A program made the position numbers and the translations under genes. A model generated the notes under the pieces. The model was not told the origin of the DNA and ran no database searches. It saw only the letters and a list, made by a program, of their open reading frames with translations. A DNA stretch of 64,000 nt from Octopus sinensis (taxonomy: Eukaryota). Location: positions 31,139,756 to 31,203,755 of the forward strand of contig NC_043020.1 of assembly GCF_006345805.1 (NCBI RefSeq), in the 5' to 3' direction. Shown one piece after another: positions 12,050 to 24,438 of the stretch (positions are counted from its first letter, which is position 1; each line of letters begins with the position of its first letter).

Positions 12050-13038
12050 TTATTAATTATTATAATGTGAATATCTAATATTTAGTAGACAGGTCCTTGC
12101 ATTCAAAAATGCAAGGACCCTAGCAGGCATGCTACTGATCTGATGAATATTCTCTTCATGATTTTCTTGCCAAGTTTCTTGCAGTAATATCAAAAGATCT
12201 GGCTTTAAGGATGCTTTCTTTTTCTTTTTAGGAGGTATCCCATCCATCATGCCTCAGAGGTGTTCAGTAGGGTTCATATCTGGTGATTGGCTTAGCTATG
12301 GAAGCTTTTTAATGCCATTCTCTTCCAACCAATCCTGGGTCTTTTAGTTGTGCAAGAAAGCCCTATCTTCCATAAATAGTGTTATTTAATCATTTTACCC
12401 CTGGAGGTTATAGGAAGAAGATTTTTCTATAATATGGACACATATTTATCTGAGTTTATGTATCCCTCACATTCCACCATTTCTGATTGACTATTGCTCC
12501 AAACTGCTCTCCAGACCATCACATGTTTCATTGTTGGCTGCAATATATTCACGTGAAAATATTGGTGACTGATTCTCCAGACCCACATTCGACCAGTGTC
12601 AGAAAATACAGCAAATCTGGATTCATCAGAGAATTTGACAGTGTCCCAAAGTGTTAGTGACCTCTCTACCCACTTGTCCAATCTTTTCTCCATTTGATAT
12701 TGGCTGGTCGAAGCAGTGTCTTCTTTCTTGCTGCTCTGCCATAATAGCCAATTTTGCAGAGATAACTGACAGCTATTCTGGGACTGACATCAACTTATTC
12801 TGCTATATTGGAGGCCTTGCAATGAGGATTATCTTACACACTTCTCTTAAGAAAGCAAAGTGTTCTGTCAGAGGGCCTTAGTCTACCTGGGTAAGGTGAT
12901 ATGGACTACTTTCCCGTTTAGTGAATTGAAAAATTACTCTATTTACTGTAGAAAGTGGAATCACAATGTTTTCTGTGGTTTTAGGCTAAGTCAGCCTTGA
13001 AATAGGCGCAGCATATGGCCTCTTTGTAAATTGGACAT
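12050..13038 (-). pseudogene. Tc1 transposase remnant (paralog ~54010-55012)
   Basis: WDTVKFSDESRF, VMVW and downstream L..TW...SMPARV segments; N-terminal HTH-like start at ATG 13038; many stops and frameshifts. Confidence 0.85.
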
Positions 13039-13929
13039 TTTTAAGGCTTCTTTTGTACATGGCATGATTAAACAGTTACATATAGAACCTGAAACATATA
13101 AATGTCAATTAATAAAAAAAATAAACCTCTTCAAGTTATAATAACAATGTGTTAATGGGTATCTATTTACTTTTGTCATGTTTGTGTACAAATGTATCAT
13201 TTGTTACAACTGCACTTTGAAAGAAAAAGAAAACCTTTAGTAGAAAATTAGCATTAGCTACGACAACGTTACCCAACTATTAAATCTTATATTTTTCAAA
13301 CTCATGCTAGGATGGAAAAATGAACGTAGGTATGAGACTTATTTTTACACATGTATTGATGCATATAAAACATGAAATTATGTTGTCTACATACTTAAAT
13401 ACTTGCAATTAATTCATTGTAAGAACATAGAAATTTGACAGGTTTTCTTGAGTTGTTGCTCATCTACAATAATCTGATAAGTTTGAGGTTATTGTTGGTT
13501 GCATAAGATTGTCATTGAATTTTCTCTCGACAGAAATATCTAATCATTTTATCCATACTAGCATGGGTTGTGTGTATCATGTTGATATCTGTTTCAGTTT
13601 AATTCCCTCTGCAATAGTTTCTTTTTTTTGTGTTTATGCAATATTGTACTTTCATAAAATACAGTCGTCTCTTGCCTTACACAGTATTGTTTCTTAGTTT
13701 CACTTTAGCACAATTTTGCTCATTTTGCTCATTTTCCTCTATTTCTTTCTTTTTGTTTTTGTTTTTACAAATATAGAACTAGTAATTGCTTCAGTTTCTC
13801 ATTATATTTTGTTAAATATTTTTGAATTTGAAATATTAAAATTGATTTCACTGGAAATGAAAATTCAATGTATAAAATTAACTTTAAACTAGATGTTCAG
13901 CATAAAATGCAAAAGTTTTACAAAAAGAA

Positions 13930-14620
13930 TTGTCATCATCATTTAATGTCCATTATCTATGCTGGCTTGGGTTGGACAGTTTCATCAGAGCTGGTAAGCT
14001 GAGGGTCTGCAGCAGACTCCAGTCTGATTTGTCATTGTTTCTATGGCTGGATGCCCTTCTTAACATCAAGCACTCCATGAGTGTTGTGGGCAGGGGTTGT
14101 GAAAAAAATTGATGGGAAATTAATTACAATATATTGTCTTCTAAGGCACGGCATGTCATGAAAGGTGTCGGTCATTAGTCATTGCCTTTATAAGTTTCAA
14201 CAGTCAAAGATCATGCATTACCACCTTGTCCAATGCCTTCTTATGTCTGCTTCTTCTGCCATGTAGCATAGTTGTCTGCACAGGTATAATAAATCTGGCT
14301 TTCACTCTGAAGGAGAGACCCTTAGTTACCAAACAGAGGAAGGAGCTCTCTGAATTTGCTCAGCCTATTTTTATTCTTGCAGCCACACTCATCCACCTCT
14401 GCTACTGACTTTGTTGCTCAACAATCTTTATCGTACTCCTCTGGTATTTGATGAAGCCCATTTTCTGTACACTTTTAGTGTTTACTGTACATGTGCACCT
14501 TCCACATACAAAATATATTTTCCCAGTTTACCTTCCTCTGATATTGCTACACCTATTATGTGTTATACAGAGTACATCTACCTACCTATTTCCTTCATAT
14601 TGAGGATGGCATGTACCTGA
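13930..14620 (-). mobile_element. Old RTE LINE remnants (3' UTR and ORF end)
   Basis: ggatgcccttc 3' UTR motif; minus-strand LVTKGLSFRVKA matches LVTKGLSLRVKG of the 18256-18805 copy. Confidence 0.7.
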
Positions 14621-14779
14621 AGGGCTTTACGATTTATCAGTTTTCCTACTTACTAAGACTTTGGGTTAGGGTTGGGTAGGTTAATTCTGTGACCTTTCAA
14701 TTCTAGACCTTGCTTCCGTACGCAAAATTTATTCTAGTTCTGGTAGTGATTTAGCTATAAGAAGAAGCTCATTAGTAAA

Positions 14780-16690
14780 TAAGTGTTAAAACTCTTTGCT
14801 TTCACAAACACTTTATGTACACAGATTGAAGCAATGAAAACAAAGGTCCTCGGTATACCTGAAACGTGAAGGAAAATATTTGGATAATGAAACGAATAAT
14901 GTATGGCTAATTGAATGTAATGTAATAAATGATAATATATGAGTGTTCAGTTGTCATCCTCTATGCCCTCCCCAATTCCTTTGAAAGAAGCAAAGAAGAC
15001 TAATAATATGTATTAAATGATTAACGAAAATAAAATTTGTGCAAAAGACCCTTAATCAATATTGACGGTGTGACGATCAAGGAGCAACGTGTCAGTTGTG
15101 CGTCAGACTTTTGTGCCAGTCTTTGCGAGTCTGGCAGAGCGACAAATTGCTGGATGGAGGATAAACTGCATCAGGCAAGGATCACTTTTGGAAAGCAGGG
15201 GTTTCAAGGGGTGTTGGGGTATGACCACTTGTTGGTGTGGCTCTGTGTGCAGGCGGTGAGATGCATTTCTGGTCATGGTAATTTTGGAGTCGTGAAGTGG
15301 GCATTGGTGTTGCAGCTGCATGAGGTGCTGTTAAAGTCGGTTGAGAAGGTAGTCTCATCACTGGTGTTGGCGTGAAGAACGCAGGTGGTTCAGACACCAT
15401 GAGCAGTGGGGCGTGGGGAAGAAGCAGTAGATACTTCCAGAGGAATTTTGTTGCACAGTGTTACTCGGCCTGATCCATCCACTCTCAACATGTACGGATC
15501 GAAATAACGTACATCGAAATGGCACCAGTCCCCCCCCCCCCGCCATTTGTAGGATTGGGTCAAACTTGGCTCTGGATTAGGACATAGTTCGAAAGAAGTG
15601 AGCATGTGTGTTTTGACAACCGTTCAGTAGCACTCATGTTGTGTTTACGCAGGTCTTCTTTTCAATAAGTCATAGTTTCATGCCATGTGGAATGTAGCTT
15701 GTACTTGCCGGGATGGATGGGAATAAAGTATTGTATAGGGCTGCCAAAGATGCACATGGCTGGGGACAAGTGTGTCCCGGTCAGGTGTATTTCTTTATTG
15801 TAGCATTGTGCACTGGAAACTGTCAGTGTTAAGGAAGCCATTGGTGTCAGTGTTGTCTGTAACGAGGCCCTTTATTGTCTCAATACTGACTTTGGCACGG
15901 CAGTTGTCATGGGGAAATGCAATGGCGGTGATTCTCCCCAATTGTGGAAGAAGGTACAATGTCAGCTCATAGCTGATAGGGCAGTGTTAAGTGCCTGTGT
16001 GCCATTCGATGCTCCTTTAAGATAGTTTTCCAGACCTGTTAGGACATACCACCATTGTCTGTCACCAAGTGACAGATGTACCAATGGGGATAGGCTTTAT
16101 AACTCCAAGTGGAACGTTCCGGTCGAGACCTGCTTTTACTTCCTCTTGCCAATGAACCAGGACTGGTATGGGCGTATGGTGGGCGACTGGTTTAGCATTA
16201 AGCGGATCGGTTGGTCAGACATCTTGGAGAATTGCCGATGGTTGCAGACGTTGAATGTGCTGGAGCTGTAGTAGTGTAGCAGCTACTTCCTCAGGCGAAA
16301 ACGTTTTTCCTCAGTGGCTGGGAATGGTAGTGTAGTTGGAGGAGGAGGTTGTATTTGTTGTAGGTGGCAGGTGCATACATTCTGTGTCATTGTTGCAGAT
16401 GATCGATGAGGCTTGTCAGTACTCTCTCCCATGGATTGTTTACAGGCCAACTCATGGCACAATCAGGTGCAGGACAGGGTACGTTGGTCATACTGACTCG
16501 CTTTTTGTCATAAATAAGTCTGACAACTGTTTGCTTTCACCAATATTTTACGCAGTCTGAAGCAATGAATAAAGGGTCTTCAGTATACCTGAAATGTGAA
16601 GGGAAAGATGATGGATAATAAAATGAATAATATATGGTGAATTGAATGTAATGTAATAAATTGTAATATATGTGTGTTTAGTTGTAATCC
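14780..16690 (-). mobile_element. Internally deleted Ty3/Gypsy LTR retrotransposon
   Basis: Diverged ~175-bp direct repeats at ~14780-14956 and ~16515-16687. Minus-strand peptides: Gag-like MTNVPCPAPDC, RT N-terminal PVAHHTPIPVLVHWQEEVKAGLD...MVVCP, integrase [10 protein letters not shown]...RNTPDRD...SPAMCIFG, and the C-terminal YMLRVDGSGRVTL motif. Purine-rich gggagggcatagagga lies next to the 3' LTR. Confidence 0.88.
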
Positions 16691-16759
16691 TGTAATCAGC
16701 ATAGAGGAGTTGCTAGGGTCTGCCTGTTTTATATTCATCTGTTATTACCTGAATGATTA

Positions 16760-16950
16760 TGATACCAACAAAAGTCAAGTACAGAGGTTTATACTTGGTT
16801 AGGTACTTCTCCTGGGGGTTTCTTACCAGAAATATATCATGACTGGTGTTTCTTCCTGATACAAAACCAAATTGCATCTCATCTAGATTAAGTCTTTTCC
16901 TAATTAGTTGGGCTATGATCCTCTCCGTGATTTTCATCATCTGAAGAAAT
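16760..16950 (-). pseudogene. RTE LINE RT fragment (paralog ~57125-57310)
   Basis: MKITERIIAQLIRKRLNLDEMQFGFVSGRNT...IFLVR..QEKYLTK.KPLYLTFV is an RTE RT motif. Confidence 0.85.
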
Positions 16951-17679
16951 TAGTGCCAGTGCGAGCACTTTATTTTTAAAGCACACATCAAGCATATGTT
17001 AACATATTAGCAATGAGAAAGCGCTCTAATCGATGTCTACCTATATACATACATATATGCAGGGTAGCCATGTACTTTCTCTACAGCAACACACCTCTGT
17101 CTGTCTCTCTATTATACTACAGGTTAGGATGAAGCCACCTCTCTCACTACTAGCAATCCACTCATCCTTGAAATTTACTTATTAATTTTACTTGCAAGAT
17201 TCTTTATATGAGTTCGTGTGTTGAAGCATATTCTGTTGTGTCTGGGGAGAGTCATTCTCGTTTAGTGCGTTATTATTTAACACACTCAAGGGTAAACATT
17301 TCCACTTATTTCTTATTTTTATTAGTCATACACACTCACACACAGAAATGAAAACACATTTACAAACTCACACACCTAGAAATGAAAACGCACTTGCAAA
17401 CACTCACTCACACACACACACACATTGGCTGACCTGCACACACACACAATTTCTTCAGAATGTCACGGTTTTAAGGTCAACATATTTAAAGCATAAATAC
17501 CTACAAGTGTGCATCTTTGCATGTATCTGTGTGTGTGTTCGGACGTATGAGTGTTTGTGCGTGTTTGAGCACACTCCACACATACGTAACGTAACGGTTC
17601 GGCAAAATAGAAAAAGTTAGAATAGGTACTAAGCTTCCAAAGAATAAGTCCTTTTGCTTGACTAAAGACGGTGCTCAAG

Positions 17680-17729
<50 letters not shown>

Positions 17730-17748
17730 TACATACATATATCCATTA

Positions 17749-17787
<39 letters not shown>

Positions 17788-17790
<3 letters not shown>

Positions 17791-18805
17791 TCATCATCAT
17801 CGTTTAGCGTCCGCTTTCCATGCTAGCATGGGTTGGACGGTTCAACTGGGGTCTGGGAAGCCAGAAGGCTGCACCAGGCCCAGTTTGATCTGGCAATGTT
17901 TCTACAGCTGGATGCCCTTCCTAACGCCAACCACTCCATGGGTGTAGTGGGTACTTTTTACGTGCCACCGGCACAGGTGCCAGACGAGTCTGGCAAACGG
18001 CCACGATCGGATGGTGCTTTTTATGTGCCACCGGCACGAGGCCAGTCGGGGCGGCGCTGGCAACAGCCACGTTCGGATGGTTCTCTTACGTGCCACCGGC
18101 ACTGATAACTCAACTGCAATTTCCATTGATCGATTTCGATTCTGATTTTCACTTGCCTCAACAGGTCTTCACAAGTAGAGTTTTGTGTCCCAAGAAGGGA
18201 AGGTATGCATAAGTGGACTGGCTACATACCGTGTAGAAGGCCACGGGTTATGGTCTCACTTGTCCTGCCGGGTCTTCTCACGCACAGCATACTTCCAGAG
18301 GTCTCGGTCTCTAGTCATTTCCTCGGTGAGACCTAAAATTCGAAGGTCGTTCTTCACCACCTCGTCCCAGGTTTTCCTGGGTCTGCCTCTTCCACAGGTT
18401 CCCTCAACCGCTAGGGTGTGGCACTTTTTCACACAACTATCTTCATCCATTCTCGCCACATGTCCATACCAGCGCAAACGTCTCTCTTGCACACCACATC
18501 TGATGCTTCTTAGGTCCAACTTTTCTCTCAAGGTACTTACACTCTGTCGATTATGAACACTGACATTACACATCCATCGGAGCATACTGGCTTCATTTCT
18601 TGCGAGCTTACGCATATCCTCAGCAGTCACGGCCCATGTTTCACTGCCATGTAGCATGGCTGTTCGTACACACGCGTCATGCAGTCTGCCTTTTACTCTG
18701 AGCGAGAGGCCTTTTGTCACCAGCAGAGGTAAGAGCTCTCTGTACTTTGCCCAAGCTATTCTTATGTGTGATATACGTGCTTGCATTCTCGTGTGTCCTT
18801 CGAGT
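17788..18805 (-). mobile_element. RTE LINE 3' portion: ORF C-terminus (stop at 18256), 3' UTR and (GAT)n tail
   Basis: MLHGSETWAVT, LRWYGHVARM and GRGRPRKTW motifs, followed by a (GAT)n terminus at 17788-17800. Confidence 0.93.
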
Positions 18806-19246
18806 GCGAACAAACATACACAGACACACACACATTAAAACATATATACGACGGGATCTTTCAGTTTCCTTCCCTAAATCCAATCGCAAGGATTAGCTCG
18901 GCCCTGGGCAACAATAGTAGACAATTGCAGAAGATTACAGGCAGTGGGAATGAACCCGAAACCATGTGGTTCGCAAGCAAACTACTTACAACGTAGCCAT
19001 TCCTACGCCGATATTCACATATACGACGGCTTCTTTCAGTTTCCCTCTACCAACTCCATTCAGAATACTTTGGTCGGCCCTTGGCCTAGGCTATAGTTGA
19101 ATACACTTGCCGAAGGTGCAACGCTGTTGGTTTGAACTCAGCACATTGCGGTTCGTGAGCAATCATTCTCACAGAAATGCGCGCGCAAACAGACACAGAA
19201 TGTCACGGTTTTAAGGTCAACATGTGTAAAACATAAATAGCTACGA

Positions 19247-19679
19247 GTTAGCCATGATAAGATGGCTTCTATACTTTACATTATCGAGCGATTACTGTTT
19301 CAATCTCATTCTGAGATTTAATTATGCTTACTGTTCGTTTTTCGACATCAGTGGCAGACGCCATTAGAAAAACTTATATATGTTTGCAAACAGCCTTCAC
19401 TTTCATCGCTACCTGGTGGTTACCGCCCGTTGACGAGGGACAACAACCCGAAACTAGTTCGAGCGTATCACTCAGGCTTGCGAAGAAGGGATGGCCTCCC
19501 TTTGCAAATACTCCAAGGACACTGATATTGTGTCTAAGGCCAGCTAGAGACGAAGATCTCTTGGGGCTATAAAGCTACAGTAACACCCCCTCCCCAATGT
19601 GGTTAGCCATGATAAGATGGCTTCTATACTTACATTATCGAGCGATTACTGTTTCAATCTCATTCTGAGATTTAATTAT
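19247..19679 (+). mobile_element. 355-bp hammerhead-bearing unit with ~79-bp terminal direct repeat (retrozyme-like)
   Basis: 19247-19325 and 19602-19679 are identical except for one indel; the hammerhead motif lies in between. Confidence 0.6.
19424..19465 (+). ncRNA. Minimal type-I hammerhead ribozyme motif
   Basis: Stem I CGCCCG/CGAGCG (one mismatch), core UUGACGA, stem II GGG-acaacaa-CCC, GAAA, palindromic ACUAGU stem III, predicted GUU cleavage after 19459. Confidence 0.7.
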
Positions 19680-19689
19680 AATTTTATTA

Positions 19690-20330
19690 TTGTTAAATTA
19701 TAATATTCAAGTGAAGTAACTGTAGAAGATACTTTGTAGTTATCGTAATATACACTTTGTCGCTGTTAGACTCTTTCTGTTATTTCACTGTGACCATAGT
19801 GGAGCACCGCCTTTAGTCAAGCAAATCAACCCCAGGAATTATTCTTTGTATGCCTATTACTTAATGTATAGGTCTCTTTTGCAGAACCGATAAGTTACGG
19901 GGACGTAATGTTCGATATACTGATTTAGTAGGTATTTATTTATTGTAAGAACTTCAATTATCATAAATTATGGGCTAGGAAAATACTAGAAACTTTTTTG
20001 ATATACCTATTGGGGATCCTGTGTGTGTGGGACTATTTTTATTTATGTGAGTGTGGGTATTTTCATTTCAGTGTGTGGTGTGTGTGTTGTGTGTGTGAGA
20101 GTGTTTTATTTCTGTGTGCGCGAGTGTGTGAGCGACTGAGTGTTTCTATTTGTTTGTGTTGTTGCGACACTTACAAACTACAACAAACACTTTGACCATT
20201 GCTAAGATACCCACATTTGAGATCACTAACTACTAAATCAAAATAAGTTCAATTTATTGCACCTTAGTGACTTCAGATGTTGCTCAAATTTTTCCCATGT
20301 GTCTACAATGTATTAATTTCACAAGTGGAT
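19690..20330 (+). repeat. Segmental duplication block B, copy 1 (paralog 60800-61460)
   Basis: Collinear at about 95% by eye; offset ~41.1 kb. Confidence 0.9.
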
Positions 20331-20399
20331 GAAAGAAATTCTCATAATGGCGTGGAGGGGGCTGATATTCTAACTGCGAGTGCAAAGCACCCAATGCCC

Positions 20400-21070
20400 A
20401 TTACATTCTGAATAAATGTATGTTTGTGCTAGTTAAGGTTAGGGTTTTATGTGTGAGTGTGTAACTGTGTTTTCATTTCTTGTGTGGGGTGCGATGTTTG
20501 GTGTGTGTTACTATTTTCATTTCTGTGTGTGTGTGTTTGTGTGTGTGTGAGTGTGTGAGAGTTTGGATGTGTAACTGTGTATTTTTATTTCTATTTGTGT
20601 GTGTCTGTGTGTTTGTGCATGTGTAGGTATGTAACTGTTTTCATTTCAGTGTTTGTCCCGGTGTTGTGTGAATATGTAGCTGTGTATTTTCATTTCTGTG
20701 TGTGTGTGTTTGTGTGTGTGTGATTGTGTGAGAGTTTGGATGTGTAACTGTGTATTTTCATTTCTATTTGTGTGTGTCTGTGTGTTTGTGCATGTGTGGT
20801 ATTAACTGTTTTCATTTCAGTGTTTGTCCGCGTGTTTGTGTGAATATGTAGCTGTGTATTTTCATTTCTGTGTGTGTATTTGTGCGTATGTGTGTGTGTG
20901 TGTGTGAGAATTTTTATTCAGTGTTTGTGTGCGTGGGACGGTTTTTATTTGTGTGAGTGTGAAAGTGTGTGTTGGTATTTTCATTTCAGTGTTTGTGTTT
21001 GTGTGAATGTTTTTATTTGTGTGTGTAAGTGTGTGTGAGCGACTGTGTTTTTATTCGTTTGTGTGTGTGC
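20400..21070. repeat. Complex TG-rich minisatellite with attttcattt(c/a) anchors (related tracts 31150-31900, 62050-62190, and 17340-17450 inverted)
   Basis: Recurrent ttttcatttctgtgtgtg... units. Confidence 0.9.
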
Positions 21071-21299
21071 GACAATTACAGCTACAACAAACACTTTAAG
21101 CATCTCTAAGATACCCACATTTGCAGATCACTAACTACTAAATCAAAAAATCACAATTTATGGATCTTTAGCGACTTAAAATATTGCACATATTTTCTCA
21201 TATGGTGACAACGTATATTTCACAAGTGGATAAAACAAATTCTCATACTGGCGTGGAGGGGGCTGATATTCTATCTGCAGGTGCTAAGTACACAATGAC

Positions 21300-21445
21300 C
21301 CCGTATCTACGTACCTGGATCGGTCATAATTGGTTTCATTTGGAGAACTCTCGGGTGTGGAATATCTATGACTATAGAAGTTGACTTGTTTACAGGCTTC
21401 GTTTATGGCCTCACTTTTGTGATTTTCGAAGTCCACACGTTACTG
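21300..21445 (-). pseudogene. Penelope-like RT fragment
   Basis: Paralogous to 32160-32405, which translates to the Penelope RT motif. Confidence 0.7.
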
Positions 21446-21557
21446 TGGACTTCGAAGATTTAGTCGGCCCAGATACGATAGAAGAAAACACTTGTCTAAG
21501 TCGCCACGCAGTGTGACTGCACCTGAACCGTGTGGCTGGTAGGCATCTACTCCCCCG

Positions 21558-21590
<33 letters not shown>

Positions 21591-21752
21591 ATAGGTGTAG
21601 AGGTGGCTGTGTGATAAGTAGCTTGCAAACGAACCGCAGTGTTCTGGGTTCAGTCCCACTGCGTGGCGTGTTGGGCATGGTGTCTTCTACTATAGCCTTG
21701 TCCCTCCGACCAATGCTTGTGAGTGAATTTGATAGACGGAATACCCCCCCCT

Positions 21753-21791
<39 letters not shown>

Positions 21792-21899
21792 TGTGTGTGG
21801 TGTGTGTGTGTGTGTGTGTGTGTAAGTAATATATATATATATTATATATATAATATATATATATATATACATACCCCTGTTTTCCAGGGGTTCCTCAGG

Positions 21900-22985
21900 A
21901 AAATGGATCACCTACCCCGGTGAACGACCAGGTAGTGAAGGATAGGAGAGCCAAGGGAGCAGAAACCGGAAGCCCCCCTGTACCAATGGTCCTACAAAGA
22001 AATGAAAAATTAGAAAAACAGAAGAAAAAAGGAAGGACCGAAAACAAAAATAAGGAGGGAAAAGGAGGAAAGGCAAAACAACCAAAGCTGAAACCCCAAC
22101 CCACCACACAAACAGCAGAGAACCCCATGGAGGATCCAATGCCCCCCAGTACACTTCTGGAAAGAAGAAATCTGAAAGGCACCGATGAACCAGAGAATTC
22201 TACCTGCGGGGCAAATGTTGGCATGATGAGGACGGCAAAAACTGCCGGTTCACCCACCCGACACCCCGCCAGAACTTCAGGGGACTCAAAGAGAAAAGCT
22301 TTAACCGAGGGAACACAAAAAATGTCTCCCAGGAAAACTTTCAAAAACGAAGTGCGCTCCTCAGATGTTTTGCGCAACTCAGCAGCTGAGCAAGAGTCTT
22401 TTTTGTGCATGGCGCAAAGAATTGTCCGGCAGCTAACCTGGCTACACCAAGCACAGAGAAGGAACCCTGCCCACCACTATGCAAGACCACCACAGTCAAC
22501 AGACACGGGATGGCCTCCCCTAACGCCTGCACAGCCGTCACCCCAATACTTTTACTAATATTGGGGACCTGTTGCATCAAAATAGAAACAAAATTTCTTT
22601 CGTGAGAGATCTTACTGCATGCAATCAAGCCCTATGCATAGCACTTGTGGAAACTCACCTCACCCTGATATAGAGGACACAGAAGTACACATACCAAACT
22701 ATGCCATACTGCGAACAGACAGAAGGGAAAGGAGCCATGGTGGAGTTGCTGTATACATCCGAGATGACCTCACACCCCAGGTCTTAATGACATACTCAAT
22801 TCGGTATGAGACACTTTAATTGTATACATAAACAACATAATATAGCCATATGCAATACATATTGCCCACCGGATGCCCCAAATCATACAGGCAAGTTTGA
22901 AGATTGCCTCACAATAATTAAAGAAATCCTCATGAATCTGGAACACCACGTGACCATATTTCTTATCGGTGATTTCAACTTATAG
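21900..22985 (+). mobile_element. CR1/L2-group LINE 5' part: ORF1 C-terminus plus ORF2 endonuclease (ATG ~22510)
   Basis: VETHL, NYAILRTDRRERSHGGVAVYI, YCPP and IGDFN endonuclease motifs across frameshifts; upstream Lys/Gln-rich ORF 21920-22558. Confidence 0.85.
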
Positions 22986-23004
22986 GTGATTTCAACAACT
23001 CTTT

Positions 23005-23615
23005 TATGGAGAGTTAGCTAAAGGAGAACGACCTCCACATAAACCAAAAAAGAGGTATAAGGACTTGCTGAAGGCTTCCTTAAGAGATGCTTGCATCTCT
23101 CCTGACACATGGGAAGGCATAGTTATTGATCGTAGCTGGGAGAAGGATTGTGCACGAGGGGACAGCCACTTTTGAGAAATCTCGAGTGGCACATAAGAAA
23201 GTAAGGAGGGATGTCAGGAAGCGCATCGCTGTTACACTTCCAGATGGGAAGGGTCTTCCTATGATGCTGACATGCAGTGTCTGTGCAAGACACTGCCTCA
23301 GAAAAGCTGGACTCAAGAGTCATCTTCGTAGTCATAAAGCGAGACAGATGAGTGACAACCTGCCACTGGTGGTGGTGTAACACACCATACTAATAATATC
23401 TGTCGGGCATGCAAAGAGAGTGTAATTCGGCAGGAGGACTTAAACGACATGCACATGTACATGAAGCCCAGTTACAACTACAGCCGGCTATTACCGGTAA
23501 AGGTTTAGTTGCCAATTCTGTACAAGACTGGGCTAAAAAGTCACATTCGATCACACCCGCCAGTAACAGTTAAGCTTCGTGCAATGGCCATACTCGATGA
23601 TGAGGGGGCAGCCAT
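23005..23615 (+). pseudogene. RTE LINE C-terminus with C2H2 zinc-finger motifs
   Basis: YGELAKGERPPHKPKKRYKDLLKASL, then CSVCARHCLRKAGLKSHLRSH and two further frameshifted or partly deleted C2H2 motifs. Confidence 0.8.
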
Positions 23616-23617
23616 AA

Positions 23618-23662
<45 letters not shown>

Positions 23663-23901
23663 TATATAGTTGAAATATGTTACAAAAGGAAAATATAAAA
23701 TACACGTGAAAGTTTAAGGGGAGAATAAGAAAAAATCAACGAAAATGCACATTGTAAATAAAAAAGAAAAAGCTTTTTATGAAAGGTAACGACAGATATA
23801 TACTTTTAGATGGATGAGGTAGTAATAAAAGTCATTATTATGAGATGATTAAAAGTCAGAAGAAAGCATACCATGGTTTCGTCATAAGCTATTCGTCCCC
23901 C

Positions 23902-23945
<44 letters not shown>

Positions 23946-24004
23946 ATACATGTATATAACTACGTATATTATATGCATGCATTATATATATATATAATGC
24001 ATAC

Positions 24005-24200
24005 ATATGCAGTCAGATCTAGTCCAAGTAATTTGACTCATTGTTTTGTTAAATCTAGTTGGAACCGATAGATAAGAGAAAATCGTTTGGTCATTATATT
24101 TGATTGACTGTAGTTGTTGATTTTTTCGTAGAAGCTATTGGCTTGAAGCAGGGTTAGGTGTTTATGTAGTTTCTGATGGTAGTAGGGACAAATAGAGGCA
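24005..24200 (-). pseudogene. Penelope-like RT N-terminal fragment
   Basis: FYEKINNYSQSNIMTK...DLTKQ overlaps the 32300-32405 copy. Confidence 0.7.
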
Positions 24201-24397
24201 CACAATCGTATACATATATACACTTGTGTACGACGGGCTTTTTTCAGTTTCCGATACGAATTAAATCATAAGGATTTAGTCGACCCGGGACGATAGAAGA
24301 AAACACTTGTCTAAGCTGCCACGCGGTGGGACTGCACCAGGAACCGTGTGGTTGGTAAGCAGGCAACCCCCCACTGAGATATATTTACATATATATA

Positions 24398-24438
<41 letters not shown>

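Larger units (their letters stand above)
6714..17192 (+). repeat. Segmental duplication block A, copy 1 (paralog 48623-57557)
   Basis: Collinear sequence including the same SINEs, Tc1, RTE and LTR relics; initial offset 41909; roughly 95-97% identical by eye. Confidence 0.97.

Noticed and set aside
16555-16600. Hairpin ttcag-tatac-ctgaa in the Gypsy LTR as a ribozyme
   Set aside because: No complete hammerhead core on either strand.
21184-21384. Plus-strand ORF repeated at 32027-32230, with a faint RNase H-like HTGVEGADILA
   Set aside because: It lacks the GNE motif, its second half is antisense to the Penelope RT fragment, and other copies are disrupted.
21920-22558. 212-aa ORF as a host gene
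   Set aside because: It lies immediately upstream of a LINE endonuclease and is best read as ORF1.
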